DNA of 64,000 nucleotides, from contig CBDHHL010000056.1 of NCBI GenBank assembly GCA_965263355.1, positions 2,048,001-2,112,000 on the forward strand, written 5' to 3'. Numbering within the stretch: position 1 is the first letter of the stretch; each line of letters opens with the position of its first letter. Shown piece after piece: positions 30,403 to 40,452 of this stretch. The stretch comes from Leptolyngbyaceae cyanobacterium. Lineage in GTDB: Bacteria; Cyanobacteriota; Cyanobacteriia; Phormidesmidales; Phormidesmidaceae. The position numbers were made by a program, and so were the translations under genes. The notes beneath the pieces were generated by a model. It searched no databases. It was not told where the DNA came from and was given only the letters and a program-made list of their open reading frames with translations.

Positions 30403-31542
30403 CTAGAACTCTCTCTGTAGCTGCATTAGCAAGTCATCCACCAGATTAATCACCAGCCCCTTTATCTCACTCGCCCCACTAGAATGGGCCGCTGTTCTCG
30501 GCAAAAACAGAATTTCAGTACTATGGGCAGGTAACGGTCTGCCCGTTTGCGCCGTAAGCCACACTAACGGCGGTGCTGGCAGTTTAGACTCTCCTGTATC
30601 GTCAGCTTGAATGCCTGCTAAAGCCGTTAACACCGATGTGTTTTCCTGCAAAAGCCCTGTCTTTGCACTCCAGAACTGAGCCGCCAACCCTTGCCTTTGA
30701 GCATAGGCATAGAGTGATGCCGCTGCAATGACCGCCTGCTCAAAACTATCGATAGCCCAGGCATCAGAAGTATCCAGAGCAATAATCAAACTCTGGTGAC
30801 TGGTCAGCACCTCCAACTCCCGCACCCGCAATTCTCCATACCGGGCACTGGTGCGCCAGTGAATTAACCGGGTTGGATCCCCCCAACGATAGGGCCGTAG
30901 GGCACGGGTTAACCCTTCTGTCCCGCTGGCATTAATGGGAGTCTTCTGCAGCCGTTGTCGCCCTGCTTCATCGCCTAAAACATCAATGGCTGGACAACGC
31001 TCCAACGGCAGTATTTGCGGATAAACTACGGCCTTGGCCTTGGCAGGCTGGAGACGACTGCACCAAAACAGACCGAGGGGAGCCGCTGTGCGTAAACGCA
31101 CATCAGGCCAGGTATAGATGCCGCGTTTCTCAGTGGGAATTTCGTAGCGCCAGGTGTGTTGAGACTTTGCTGGCAACCGATCAATGGCATGGATAGGCTG
31201 CTTCCCTAACCCAATTGGCACTAGATCTTGCAACTGTAGCAAACTCTTCAGGTGAGTCGTTGTATTTTTGAGGGTCACTACCATCGAGACGGCGTCCCCT
31301 GCTGAGACAGGGCGTGGCAGTTGCCGAGTTACGTCCAGCCCTTGTAATGCCCGCTGCGGCAAAATTGACGACACTGACAGCAACGCAATCGAGACGCCAC
31401 TGATCACATAGAGCCACCCGGCCATGGTATTGGTCGCTGCCCCCAAAAAGCACAGCGTAATTCCCAACAACACCCAGCCACTATAGGCAGGTGTCACCCA
31501 GTTTGCTTCCATCCAACGAGACAAGGGTCTTAGCCAAAACAT
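30403..31542 (-). CDS. DUF58 domain protein
   Basis: LRPYRWGDPTRLIHWRTSAR.GEL.VRE; N-terminal TMs. Confidence 0.9.
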   Translation of the reverse strand: MFWLRPLSRWMEANWVTPAYSGWVLLGITLCFLGAATNTMAGWLYVISGVSIALLSVSSILPQRALQGLDVTRQLPRPVSAGDAVSMVVTLKNTTTHLKSLLQLQDLVPIGLGKQPIHAIDRLPAKSQHTWRYEIPTEKRGIYTWPDVRLRTAAPLGLFWCSRLQPAKAKAVVYPQILPLERCPAIDVLGDEAGRQRLQKTPINASGTEGLTRALRPYRWGDPTRLIHWRTSARYGELRVRELEVLTSHQSLIIALDTSDAWAIDSFEQAVIAAASLYAYAQRQGLAAQFWSAKTGLLQENTSVLTALAGIQADDTGESKLPAPPLVWLTAQTGRPLPAHSTEILFLPRTAAHSSGASEIKGLVINLVDDLLMQLQREF

Positions 31543-31642
31543 CGATTACGCCCTCAAACGACTGAGCCAAATACCATTAATGGTGCCTTAAGTAATTAGG
31601 TTAAACTGATGACACTACAAATGGCTCCTGAACACCCTAGCC

Positions 31643-32398
31643 ATGACGATTCCTCGCTCGCCACTAAGCGCCATTATTTATCCAGAGTCAGACGGTCAAC
31701 CGATGACAGAAAGCGATGCTACCCGAGACTATTTGTTTTATGGCGTTGAGGCCCTAAGGCTATATTTCAAGAGCCGTGGCAGTGTCTATGTATCTGGTAA
31801 TTTGTTTATCTACTACGAAGAGGGTAATCCTAAAGCCGTTATTTCACCTGATGTGTTTGTGGTGTTCGGTGTTAGCCACCGCAAACGACGTAGCTATAAA
31901 ACCTGGCAGGAAAACCATAAACTACCGTCCTTTATCCTAGAAATTACGTCAAAAACGACTAAGAAACAGGACCAGGAAACCGAACCAGAACTATACGCTA
32001 GTTTAGGGGTTGAAGAATATTTTCAATATGATCCTACTGCTGATTATTTGGTTCCACAGTTACAGGGAGCACGCTTGGTAGATGGTTGCTATGAACCATT
32101 GCCAGTCCAGCACACAGAGGAAAACATTGCTTATATCCGCAGTCAGGTACTTGGTTTAGATTTGCAGCTACGTAACGTCTTCAAGGGAATTGGTATCGCA
32201 CCATTACCTAAAGCACTACGGTTTTATGATCCTCAAACTAACCGCATCTTACCTAGTCAAGAGGAAGTGCTCGAAGAACGCAATAACACCTTACAGGCAT
32301 TGGATAATGCCGAGCAGCGGGCAGATTCGGCAGAGCAGCGGGCGGCAGCATTAGCGGAGAAGTTGCGATCGCTCGGCATCGATCCAGAGGAGGTTTAG
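31643..32398 (+). CDS. Uma2 family protein
   Basis: YPESDGQPM, PDVFVVFGV, LEITS, GVEEYFQYDP. Confidence 0.92.
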   Translation: MTIPRSPLSAIIYPESDGQPMTESDATRDYLFYGVEALRLYFKSRGSVYVSGNLFIYYEEGNPKAVISPDVFVVFGVSHRKRRSYKTWQENHKLPSFILEITSKTTKKQDQETEPELYASLGVEEYFQYDPTADYLVPQLQGARLVDGCYEPLPVQHTEENIAYIRSQVLGLDLQLRNVFKGIGIAPLPKALRFYDPQTNRILPSQEEVLEERNNTLQALDNAEQRADSAEQRAAALAEKLRSLGIDPEEV

Positions 32399-33009
32399 AT
32401 TCCTGACGCAAATACTGCATCTACGGTCAAATCCAACCCAGGAAATACTCCAGAAATCAATTTTTCTCCTGTTACAAATCGTCGCATTTGATATTCGTCT
32501 CCATCTAGCTGGCAGATCGTAATCGTCGGCTGCTTCGGCTTGCCAATATGACGTACGGCCCCTAAGGCTCGAAAATCAACCAGCCAATATTCAGCAATGC
32601 CCATGGCCTCATATTCAACAAACTTGTGTCCATAGTCATCCCGCCAGTTAGTGCTCACCACCTCCACCACCAGGGGGGCTGTTTTACCATCTTGTATCAC
32701 TGAAGCTGTTGGCCATAGAGATTCCTGCTTTAATAAGTCACGATTAAGGACGACCACATCAGGCATATAGCCTGAGCCTTCGGCGTGAGGTTTCACTAAA
32801 CAAGTACGAGGAATTGAGTAAGGCAACTTATTTCGCCGAATTGCAAAATTAAATTCTGCGCTCAAAAAGCCAGCGATATCTTCATGGGGACCTGTTGGCA
32901 ACATCTCAACCACAACTCCCTCAATCAATTCATACCGACGGCCATCGTCTGGATACCACTCCAGAAACGCTTCAAAACTCATCGGGCTGACTACCCGCGC
33001 CTGAACCAT
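32395..33009 (-). CDS. Uma2 family protein
   Basis: RYELIEG, PDVVV, LVVEVVSTNWRDDY, GIAEYWLVD. Confidence 0.92.
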   Translation of the reverse strand: MVQARVVSPMSFEAFLEWYPDDGRRYELIEGVVVEMLPTGPHEDIAGFLSAEFNFAIRRNKLPYSIPRTCLVKPHAEGSGYMPDVVVLNRDLLKQESLWPTASVIQDGKTAPLVVEVVSTNWRDDYGHKFVEYEAMGIAEYWLVDFRALGAVRHIGKPKQPTITICQLDGDEYQMRRFVTGEKLISGVFPGLDLTVDAVFASGI

Positions 33010-33063
33010 AAGGAATCCTCAATTTGGTCTAAAGTCTGAGGTTAGACCTAGTATAGGCTCAAT

Positions 33064-33318
33064 TTATCCAGCGGTAATGTTCTGCCAGAGTTCAGAGATG
33101 GGGAAGGTTTGGCGGGATTGGGCTTGCTGGGTGGCGGTTTGCAGGTCTGCGAGGATTTGGCTGTTGGGTTCTTGCTCGTCAATGGGGTCAAGGCCGCTGC
33201 TGTTTTGAAGGATTGCTAGCAGTGTTTCCCACAGGTCTACCGGAATGAGGACATCGGTTTTTTCTCCGGCAGCGTTGGTGAGGTAGCGGACTTGGTTGGT
33301 GATTTTGGAGGAAAGCAT
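33064..33318 (-). CDS. Small antitoxin-like hypothetical protein (no partner seen)
   Basis: YLTNAAGEKTDVLIP...W and C-terminal T.PISELW resemble cyanobacterial antitoxin-like proteins. Confidence 0.5.
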   Translation of the reverse strand: MLSSKITNQVRYLTNAAGEKTDVLIPVDLWETLLAILQNSSGLDPIDEQEPNSQILADLQTATQQAQSRQTFPISELWQNITAG

Positions 33319-33356
33319 TGTCGAATTCTATAACTTGGTTGATAGGGCTATAAAAA

Positions 33357-33706
33357 CTAGGTAGCTAGCTTAAACGTATGTACGAGGCTCTGATTCAGAC
33401 GTTGCATGAGGTCAGGCCCTAAATTACCCAGGCGTCTTCGCAAAAGACGGCGTTCTAAGGTTACGATTCTGCCAACACGAACCTTAGAGGTTACTTTCAG
33501 ACCGCTTTGAGCAAACTCTGGTACCTCAGCTTCAATCAGAAATTCATCGTCAGTGAGGCGGTTGAGGTTTTGGGATGAGATGAAACATAGGGTAATGTCA
33601 TTGCCGTTGGGATCGCCCCATAGAATAATAGCGGGTCTGAGCTTGGTCTGGCTTAGATCGGTAAAGGGAAAGGAACTAGGACGATGTCGCCTTTAACGAG
33701 GGTCAT
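33357..33706 (-). pseudogene. PemK/MazF-family toxin with a 1-nt frameshift
   Basis: MTLVKGDIVLVPFP / TDLSQTKLRPAIIL...SGLKVTSKVRVGRIVTL; span 350 nt, one base short of whole codons. Confidence 0.85.
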
Positions 33707-33924
33707 AGGGCAGACTCTCCGATGGGTTCTCCATCTTCTAGGCTGTAGAGGTCGGGTTCTTCGGCAAGGAAGTGAAAACTGCTGCCCTGTAGGGCTAAGG
33801 TGATCAGCTCAAAGGCTGTGGGATAGGCCGTGTCGAAAAATAGCTTTTCCTCCAGGGCGGATTGTTCTGCAGTTGATAGGGACCGAATGATTTGAACCAG
33901 GGAATCAATGAGTTGGGTGTTCAT
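33703..33924 (-). CDS. Putative antitoxin coupled to the PemK-like gene
   Basis: MNTQLIDSLVQII...SFHFLAEEPDLYSLEDGEPI; ATGA stop/start overlap with toxin. Confidence 0.7.
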   Translation of the reverse strand: MNTQLIDSLVQIIRSLSTAEQSALEEKLFFDTAYPTAFELITLALQGSSFHFLAEEPDLYSLEDGEPIGESAL

Positions 33925-33971
33925 GGGTGTATTCGATGTGGTGATGGCGGATAGGTCTATGCTAACGGGCT

Positions 33972-34235
33972 TTAGAGTTGACCTTTGAAGGCTTTGTCGA
34001 GGATGGCGGGGAGTAGGACGTCGAGTTCGGTGGCGGTTTGGGTTTGGAGGGTGCGGAGGGTGTTGATTGTTGTTTGGAGCTTGTCGAGGTAAGTGACCAT
34101 TTGTTTTTGAAAGAAGGGCATGCGACAAGGCCAGCTGCAAACAATTTTAGAATCAACTCTTTTACGTGTCGTATCTCCTGTAGTTGTCGAGAGATAATCT
34201 TCTATGTCTACAGAAGCCTGAATCAAACAATACAT
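33972..34235 (-). pseudogene. hsdS: C-terminal remnant of type I RM specificity subunit
   Basis: QKQMVTYLDKLQ..INTLRTLQTQTATELDVLLPAILDKAFKGQL matches the conserved HsdS C-terminal helix. Confidence 0.75.
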
Positions 34236-34436
34236 AAAACACTGACAAATCTGTCGATGGCTGAGTGCTAACTAAAGCATCTGCTATAGTTGCCGTTGAT
34301 AGATATAGTAGGTAAATATTTTTTCTATCTTCTCCCTTAGTACTTACTGATGTGACAGTACCGATGATCGAAACTATATATCTGTAGAGAAATAGTCTAG
34401 AGATGAATAATAAAGCTTCAAGCTCCTACTGCTTAT

Positions 34437-37178
34437 TTAAATTGCTGCTTTTTGCAAAAAATCGATTAGGTGCTTATAAGTTACAGGTAATATACTCGTC
34501 AACTCCTTACGTCTCTTTAACCACTCTCTTCTTTCTTTCCAGTTAGTTTTATGATACTCCTGACTATAAGCAGTTGACCTACTGCTATAGTTTCGAAATT
34601 CATGACATTTCATAAGTCCAGGCAAAGTCATTGGAGCAAGATTTTTCATTTCCGATATCATATTTTTCATCCCATTAATGTTTCTCTCTGGGCATTGTCG
34701 TTGGGTTATTCCATCAAGTAAAACTTGGTGGAATGAATCACTGTACAAAATAAATAACTCAGGTTCTCTCTCATAATATCCTTTTGCTTTGCATACATTC
34801 TTCAGTGCCGCATCATAGGCGTCTTTGCCCAGGAAAGATTTAAGATTTATTTTTACTCCTATCTCCTGAGGTAATTTAAAGAAATGAATCATATAGTCAG
34901 TAATACCGTCTGTAGAATCTTCTTCCACAAGAAAGTAGTTACTTATGAACCAGCTTGGATAGTTATTAAAGTATTCATAACTATATCCTCTTGAAGCCAT
35001 AAGATATCCAATCACCAAATTAAAATCATCAGATATTTTTTGCCCATTTGAGTAAAGCTCATCAAAAAGCCTCATTGTAATCTCTGGAAACTCCTTAAAG
35101 ACTTTCACAATAAGAGATACATAAAAAGGTAAGTCGTTTTCATGGTTCTGTTTTTTCAATTCTGTCCTCAGTAAATCAGGCAGGATAGAATTTATATCTT
35201 CTCTCTCACTTAAAATATCTAATAAACTTCTTTTTAGTATCCAGTGAGTTTCAGCTTTTTCTAAACTTGAAAAGCTGAACGAGAGAACCTCTTTTATATT
35301 TATTTGATCCTTGAAAAGTTTATGTTCTAAAATTTTTGCTGTACACCAATCGTGTGGTAGTGAAGACTTTACTAGATGAATTAGAGATTCAGAAATGTCA
35401 TCATAATCATCAAATTTATTTAGGTAATAAATACAGACATCAGTTAAATAAGGATAGTCATATAATACCTCCAATACTATTTTTTTCGCCCAGCTAAGTG
35501 GGTTTAGTCGAAATAATGAAAACTTGAAGTTTGTCGAATCCTTAATAATAACTTCCCCTTCCGAATTCTGTTCAAAAGATGACTTTAAGATATCCTCCAA
35601 GGCTTCTTGCTTTGTCTCATCATCCTTTTCAGCAAGATATAGACTTATGAGGCTATTTTCTCCCTTTAGGATTTCATCCACATTATTTGGTTTCTTAATT
35701 TCTGTTTTTCCACTTTGTGGAATTAGGGAAAGTTCTCTGGCATTTATATCAAGCTCAATCAGCCCTTTTGTGACAGATATCTTGTCTTTACCCATCAACA
35801 TGATGTCATCAACATATCGCAGGTAAATGAAGTCATGTCTTATGGCTAATGCATGCATTTTCTTGTCCAAATGGTGAAGATATATATTAGCTAAAGCTTG
35901 TGAAGCGCATGGTCCTTGTGGAATTCCTTGAGAATAATTAAAGCTGACTTCTTTAGGCTTGCACCATTTATCTAAAGCTCTTAGGAATTGTCTCCTAAGA
36001 CTTTTATCAAAGGTATTTACTGCGACTTCAACTAAAATCTTATGATCTATAACATCATAGAAAGAAGCAAGGTCAAATTTGCAAATCCATTGGAAACCTG
36101 AATCGAATTTAGTCCTAATAGTATTCTTGTATGCTTCATATTCATCTTTCCAACTTGAAAGAAAAAATATACTTTTAGGACTGTCTATATTGAATCCACC
36201 ATAAACAAGATTTTTGCGAAAACGCTTTATCTCTTCCAATCTAGCTTCACAGACGAGATTGGCTACAGCTTGATAAAATATTTGATCTTTTACAGATAGA
36301 ACCGTAATGGGTCTAACTAAGCCTGAATTCTTTGGTAAATAATACTTGCTGGAACCAGATGGACTGTAGGTTTCATTTCTTATCTCTAGAGATAGAAGAT
36401 TTATCTTTTCCTTCTGATTCCAGCCAAATGCTTCATAAGATTCTAAATTCAGTTGCTTATAATCTTTGTTGCTGCTCGTCAATACTCTTTGCCAAGCTAG
36501 GCTTAGATTTTCTTCCCTAGACAGACTCTCAATGGTAAATAAGTTTGAGTTTTTTTGGGAAGTGCTTATACAAAATATTCTTTTATTTTCTTTGTCTTCT
36601 TGTAATTTAGAGGTAGCGTCTTCCTGTGAAGATGCTGGTGGATTATTATTGGCAATGTTTTCTCTCCTTTCTCCCTGTTGGTTAAGGGTTTTCGAAGGTC
36701 TGACAGGTAATGTTTCGCTATTCTTTCGCCTGATGTTAGATATTACTTTTTCAATTTCTTTAGAGATTTCTTGAAAGGCAAGGTCTTTTGATTCCCATCT
36801 GGTTACTGGTTGATTATTGGAGGGCAATGATTTCAGCTTTTCAAAAGGAGTGCCTTCAAAGCCTACGGGGCGTAACAAAATCGGAATTACACATGCATTT
36901 CCAGAATTATGGCGTTTCATAGCCAGCTTGACCTCAATTTCATAGCAATAGTCTGATGCTATGAAATCTACACTTACCAAAAGAAGAATGATATCAGCGG
37001 TTTTAAGATTACGGTCTATTTCATCGTCTTTCTCAGCACCTGCAAGAATTTCCTGGTCATGCCAACTGTGGATGACTTTCCGTCTTTCAAGGATTATGAG
37101 GTGTTTGGCTAACTCTGCTCTTAGCTCCTCATCCTTGTGGGAATAAGAAAAGAAAACTGATATCGGTTTTTCCGTCAT
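34437..37178 (-). CDS. TIR domain - reverse transcriptase fusion with long alpha-helical C-terminus (putative defence RT)
   Basis: TIR: VFFSYSHKD, WHD, ADIILLLVS.DFIASDYCYEIE; RT: KNSGLVRPI, KFDLASFYDVIDH, GIPQG..SQALANIYL, YLRYVDDI (Y455). Confidence 0.92.
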   Translation of the reverse strand: MTEKPISVFFSYSHKDEELRAELAKHLIILERRKVIHSWHDQEILAGAEKDDEIDRNLKTADIILLLVSVDFIASDYCYEIEVKLAMKRHNSGNACVIPILLRPVGFEGTPFEKLKSLPSNNQPVTRWESKDLAFQEISKEIEKVISNIRRKNSETLPVRPSKTLNQQGERRENIANNNPPASSQEDATSKLQEDKENKRIFCISTSQKNSNLFTIESLSREENLSLAWQRVLTSSNKDYKQLNLESYEAFGWNQKEKINLLSLEIRNETYSPSGSSKYYLPKNSGLVRPITVLSVKDQIFYQAVANLVCEARLEEIKRFRKNLVYGGFNIDSPKSIFFLSSWKDEYEAYKNTIRTKFDSGFQWICKFDLASFYDVIDHKILVEVAVNTFDKSLRRQFLRALDKWCKPKEVSFNYSQGIPQGPCASQALANIYLHHLDKKMHALAIRHDFIYLRYVDDIMLMGKDKISVTKGLIELDINARELSLIPQSGKTEIKKPNNVDEILKGENSLISLYLAEKDDETKQEALEDILKSSFEQNSEGEVIIKDSTNFKFSLFRLNPLSWAKKIVLEVLYDYPYLTDVCIYYLNKFDDYDDISESLIHLVKSSLPHDWCTAKILEHKLFKDQINIKEVLSFSFSSLEKAETHWILKRSLLDILSEREDINSILPDLLRTELKKQNHENDLPFYVSLIVKVFKEFPEITMRLFDELYSNGQKISDDFNLVIGYLMASRGYSYEYFNNYPSWFISNYFLVEEDSTDGITDYMIHFFKLPQEIGVKINLKSFLGKDAYDAALKNVCKAKGYYEREPELFILYSDSFHQVLLDGITQRQCPERNINGMKNMISEMKNLAPMTLPGLMKCHEFRNYSSRSTAYSQEYHKTNWKERREWLKRRKELTSILPVTYKHLIDFLQKAAI

Positions 37179-37289
37179 CCTACAACGGTTATATTGCTAA
37201 GCTGTGCCAATGATAGCCTTGAACTTTAAGATAGTCAGGCATTAGCAGAAGGAAGAACCTGATGTAGCTAATTCTTTTGCGCTCGACTG

Positions 37290-37371
37290 CCGTCGAGTGA
37301 GGCTCACGCTCCCACACAACCTCTTGAAGCTTGGGTAATACATACTTTCGACAGCTATCAGCTTCACTCAT
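37290..37371 (-). pseudogene. hsdR: N-terminal stub of type I RM restriction subunit
   Basis: MSEADSCRKYVLPKLQ..W..EPHS resembles the start of EcoEI-like HsdR proteins. Confidence 0.6.
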
Positions 37372-37598
37372 GGTCAAGACGGTTGAAAAATTATCGTCAG
37401 AGAGCAAAATAACGACTAAACTGCCTGTCACCTACGCCCTTCTATATAGTTCACCCATAAATCAAACAAAACTGATAGTTTTTTAGCAGAAATTTCAACA
37501 TTCGTTATGCGTCACACGCTAGACGTCTTACTTTTTGGCTCAAATCAGTTCCAATCAATTCAGCTAAAATAAGCGCAGTATATTCCCGGGCTAATGCA

Positions 37599-38192
37599 AT
37601 GGTTGCTTTGCCGTCTCTACCCTTCGATACCCACACACTCAAACGCTGGAGCGTGGACGAATACCATCGCATGGCAGAGACTGGGCTATTGGCTGAGTGC
37701 GATCGCACAGAACTTCTGGCAGGACAGATCATCCTTATGATTGCCAAAGGCACCCCCCACGTCACCGCCCTTCGCCTAGTAGCAACCGCCTTAGATCAGG
37801 CATTAGCCAATCAGCCATTCTTCGTCAGCACCCAAGACCCCATTCAGTTGGACGACTATTCAGAACCTGAACCTGACCTAGCCATTGTTAAAGGCAATTT
37901 TCTAGACTACGCCGCCCATCATCCCACCCCACAAGATATTTGCCTGGTGGTTGAAGTGGCCGATTCCACCCTAAAGCAAGACTGCGAAGTCAAAGACAAA
38001 CTCTATGCCCAAGCTGGCATCAACGATTACTGGGTGTTGGACCTACCCCATCGACAGCTGCACATTTTTCGCACACCCACCACGACTGGCTATACCAGCC
38101 ACCTCATCCTTAAACAAGATCAGCAAATCTCTCCCCTAGCCTTTCCAGAGATTATGCTGTCCTTAGAAAAGTTGTTGCCACCTGTTGTCTAA
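37599..38192 (+). CDS. Uma2 family protein
   Basis: WSVDEYHRM, SEPEPDLAIV, VEVADSTL, YAQAGINDYWVLDL. Confidence 0.92.
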   Translation: MVALPSLPFDTHTLKRWSVDEYHRMAETGLLAECDRTELLAGQIILMIAKGTPHVTALRLVATALDQALANQPFFVSTQDPIQLDDYSEPEPDLAIVKGNFLDYAAHHPTPQDICLVVEVADSTLKQDCEVKDKLYAQAGINDYWVLDLPHRQLHIFRTPTTTGYTSHLILKQDQQISPLAFPEIMLSLEKLLPPVV

Positions 38193-38213
38193 TCTGGCAA
38201 TGATCAGCACCAT

Positions 38214-38251
38214 AAAAAAAGCTGCGATGGCGCTTAACACCATCACAGCTA
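38214..38251 (-). terminator. typA terminator
   Basis: Minus strand AGCTGTGATGGTG-TTAAG-CGCCATCGCAGCT plus T run. Confidence 0.7.
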
Positions 38252-38279
38252 TTCAAAAGCTTTTAATCAATCAAACCGT

Positions 38280-40076
38280 TTAACGCTTAGCAAGCTTTTT
38301 TTTAGGCATCTTGCGCAGACGAATGGACTCCGGAGTTACTTCCACCATCTCATCCGATGCAATGTACTCCAGCGCTCGCTCCAGACCCATTTCCTGAGGT
38401 GCCTGTAGCTGAACCAATTCATCACCACTCGCCGCTCGGTGGTTGGTAAGCTGCTTCTTAGCCTTACAGATGTTTAGCTCCAGATCCTGGGGACGATTAT
38501 TTTCCCCAACAATCATGCCCTTATACACCTTGGTACCCGGCTCAATAAAGAAGATGCCGCGATCTTCAGCATTCTTCAGCGCGTAGAATGTGGCCACGCC
38601 TTCTTCAAAGGAAATCAGCACACCATTGCGGCGAGCAGCCACCTCCCCAGACATGGGCCGATACTCCAAGAAACTGTGGTTCATAATGCCCTCACCGCGA
38701 GTTTGACGCATAAACTCACCTCGGAAGCCAATCAAACCACGGGCCGGTACTACAAACTCAAGCTGGGCACGGCCATTGCCGTCCACCATCATGTCTTGCA
38801 TTTCACCACGACGCTGACCCAAACGCTCCATACAGCCACCCACAGCATCTTCAGGCACGTCCATCACCAGCTGCTCGTAGGGCTCACAGGGCTGACCGTT
38901 TACTTCACGGAAAATTACCTGAGGCTGAGATACCTGAAACTCGTAGCCTTCCCGACGCATGGTTTCAATCAAAATGCCGAGGTGAAGTTCACCCCGACCC
39001 GATACTCCAAAACGGTCGGGGGAGTCAGTTTCTTCCACACGCAAAGCAACGTTGGTTTCCAATTCGCGCATTAAGCGATCGCGAATCTGACGTGACGTAA
39101 CAAACTTACCTTCTTTACCCGCAAACGGAGAGTCATTCACCGCAAAGGTCATCTGCAGAGTGGGCTCATCCACCTTAATCAATGGCAAGGCTTGGGGATT
39201 CTCAGGAGACGTCAGCGTTTCACCAATGTTGGCATCCGCAAAACCAGCCACTGCCACAATATTGCCAGCCGTCGCTTCTTCAATTTCAGTACGCTGCAGG
39301 CCTTCAAACCCCATCAGCTTAGAAATTTTAGACTTAACGATTGAGCCGTCTTCTCTAACCAAAGCCACCTGCTCACCCGCATGAATCCTCCCGTTGTGGA
39401 CCTTACCAATGACGATGCGGCCAAGGTACTCGGAGTAAGCCAGGGTGGTCACCTGCAGCTGTAAGGGCTTTTCAGAATCACCCACTGGCGGTGGCACATG
39501 GTGCAAAATCCCCTCAAATAGAGGCTGCATATCCTTGTCTTCGTCTTCTAGCGAATTTTTGGCATAGCCAGATAGACCGGACGCAAACAGATAAGGAAAA
39601 TCGCACTGGTCATCATCAGCCCCCAGCTCGATAAATAAATCCAGCACCTTATCAACCGCACCCATGGGTTCTGCCCGAGGCCGGTCAATCTTATTGACCA
39701 CTACGATGGGTCGCAACCCTTTCTCCAGGGCCTTCTTGAGTACAAACCGGGTTTGGGGCATTGGCCCTTCATTCGCATCCACAATCAGGATGCAGCCATC
39801 TACCATCCCGAGAACCCGTTCTACTTCACCACCAAAATCTGCGTGGCCAGGGGTATCAACAATATTGATTAGAGTGTCTTTATAATGAACTGCCGTGTTC
39901 TTGGAAAGAATCGTGATCCCACGCTCACGCTCCAGATCATTGGAGTCCATGACACAGGTGGGTACCTCTTCACCTTCCCGGAAGATACCGGACTGTTGAA
40001 GCAGGGAGTCAACCAGGGTGGTCTTACCGTGGTCTACGTGGGCGATAATTGCAACGTTGCGGATGGGAAGGCTCAT
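38280..40076 (-). CDS. typA: Translational GTPase TypA/BipA
   Basis: [42 protein letters not shown]. Confidence 0.98.
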   Translation of the reverse strand: MSLPIRNVAIIAHVDHGKTTLVDSLLQQSGIFREGEEVPTCVMDSNDLERERGITILSKNTAVHYKDTLINIVDTPGHADFGGEVERVLGMVDGCILIVDANEGPMPQTRFVLKKALEKGLRPIVVVNKIDRPRAEPMGAVDKVLDLFIELGADDDQCDFPYLFASGLSGYAKNSLEDEDKDMQPLFEGILHHVPPPVGDSEKPLQLQVTTLAYSEYLGRIVIGKVHNGRIHAGEQVALVREDGSIVKSKISKLMGFEGLQRTEIEEATAGNIVAVAGFADANIGETLTSPENPQALPLIKVDEPTLQMTFAVNDSPFAGKEGKFVTSRQIRDRLMRELETNVALRVEETDSPDRFGVSGRGELHLGILIETMRREGYEFQVSQPQVIFREVNGQPCEPYEQLVMDVPEDAVGGCMERLGQRRGEMQDMMVDGNGRAQLEFVVPARGLIGFRGEFMRQTRGEGIMNHSFLEYRPMSGEVAARRNGVLISFEEGVATFYALKNAEDRGIFFIEPGTKVYKGMIVGENNRPQDLELNICKAKKQLTNHRAASGDELVQLQAPQEMGLERALEYIASDEMVEVTPESIRLRKMPKKKLAKR

Positions 40077-40283
40077 TGGATTGGAACTTCCAGAACTAGC
40101 GGCGTGATGTTTCGTAAAAAACCTTTACAATTGTAGCTTAGATAGCAAAGATCTCAGGCAAAAGCGGTCGGCATTTGCCAAAGTTTTCCGTTACAAAGTT
40201 CCTGATCTCAGGAAAGTACTAACACTCTCATCAAGAAATATTCAGAGATTCTGCGGACTGATTACCCATCGTCCATGCTCCAC

Positions 40284-40311
40284 GCAGGGGCATTGCATGC
40301 AATGCCCCTAC
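40284..40311. repeat. GTAG-type REP-like palindrome GGGGCATTGCATGCAATGCCCCTAC (related copies at 19381-19407 and 45140-45160)
   Basis: Near-perfect palindrome recurring in intergenic positions. Confidence 0.7.
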
Positions 40312-40452
40312 CCATTGCCTTTATCCCTGCAATCCTCACCTTCCAGTTCGGTTCTGCCCACTATGGGAACTTCAGCCACTTTGTTAGATTGATATCACAG
40401 CGGCGGATAAGCCAAAACAGCCGCTACCAACGATGTTTTGAGTGAGGTCAAT

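Noticed and set aside
33703..34140. 145-aa ORF as listed in the ORF track
   Set aside because: Its N-terminal half is an alternative frame of the hsdS remnant; the real gene probably starts at 33924.
34540..34620. Possible C-terminal HEPN (RxxxxH) motif in the RT
   Set aside because: FRNYSSRS lacks the His; cannot be supported without profile searches.
34437..37178. Group II intron, DGR or classical retron identity for the RT
   Set aside because: It has YVDD with an N-terminal TIR. I saw no recognisable maturase/endonuclease region or intron ends, no TR/VR pair or avd-like gene, and no retron NAxxH or VTG motifs.
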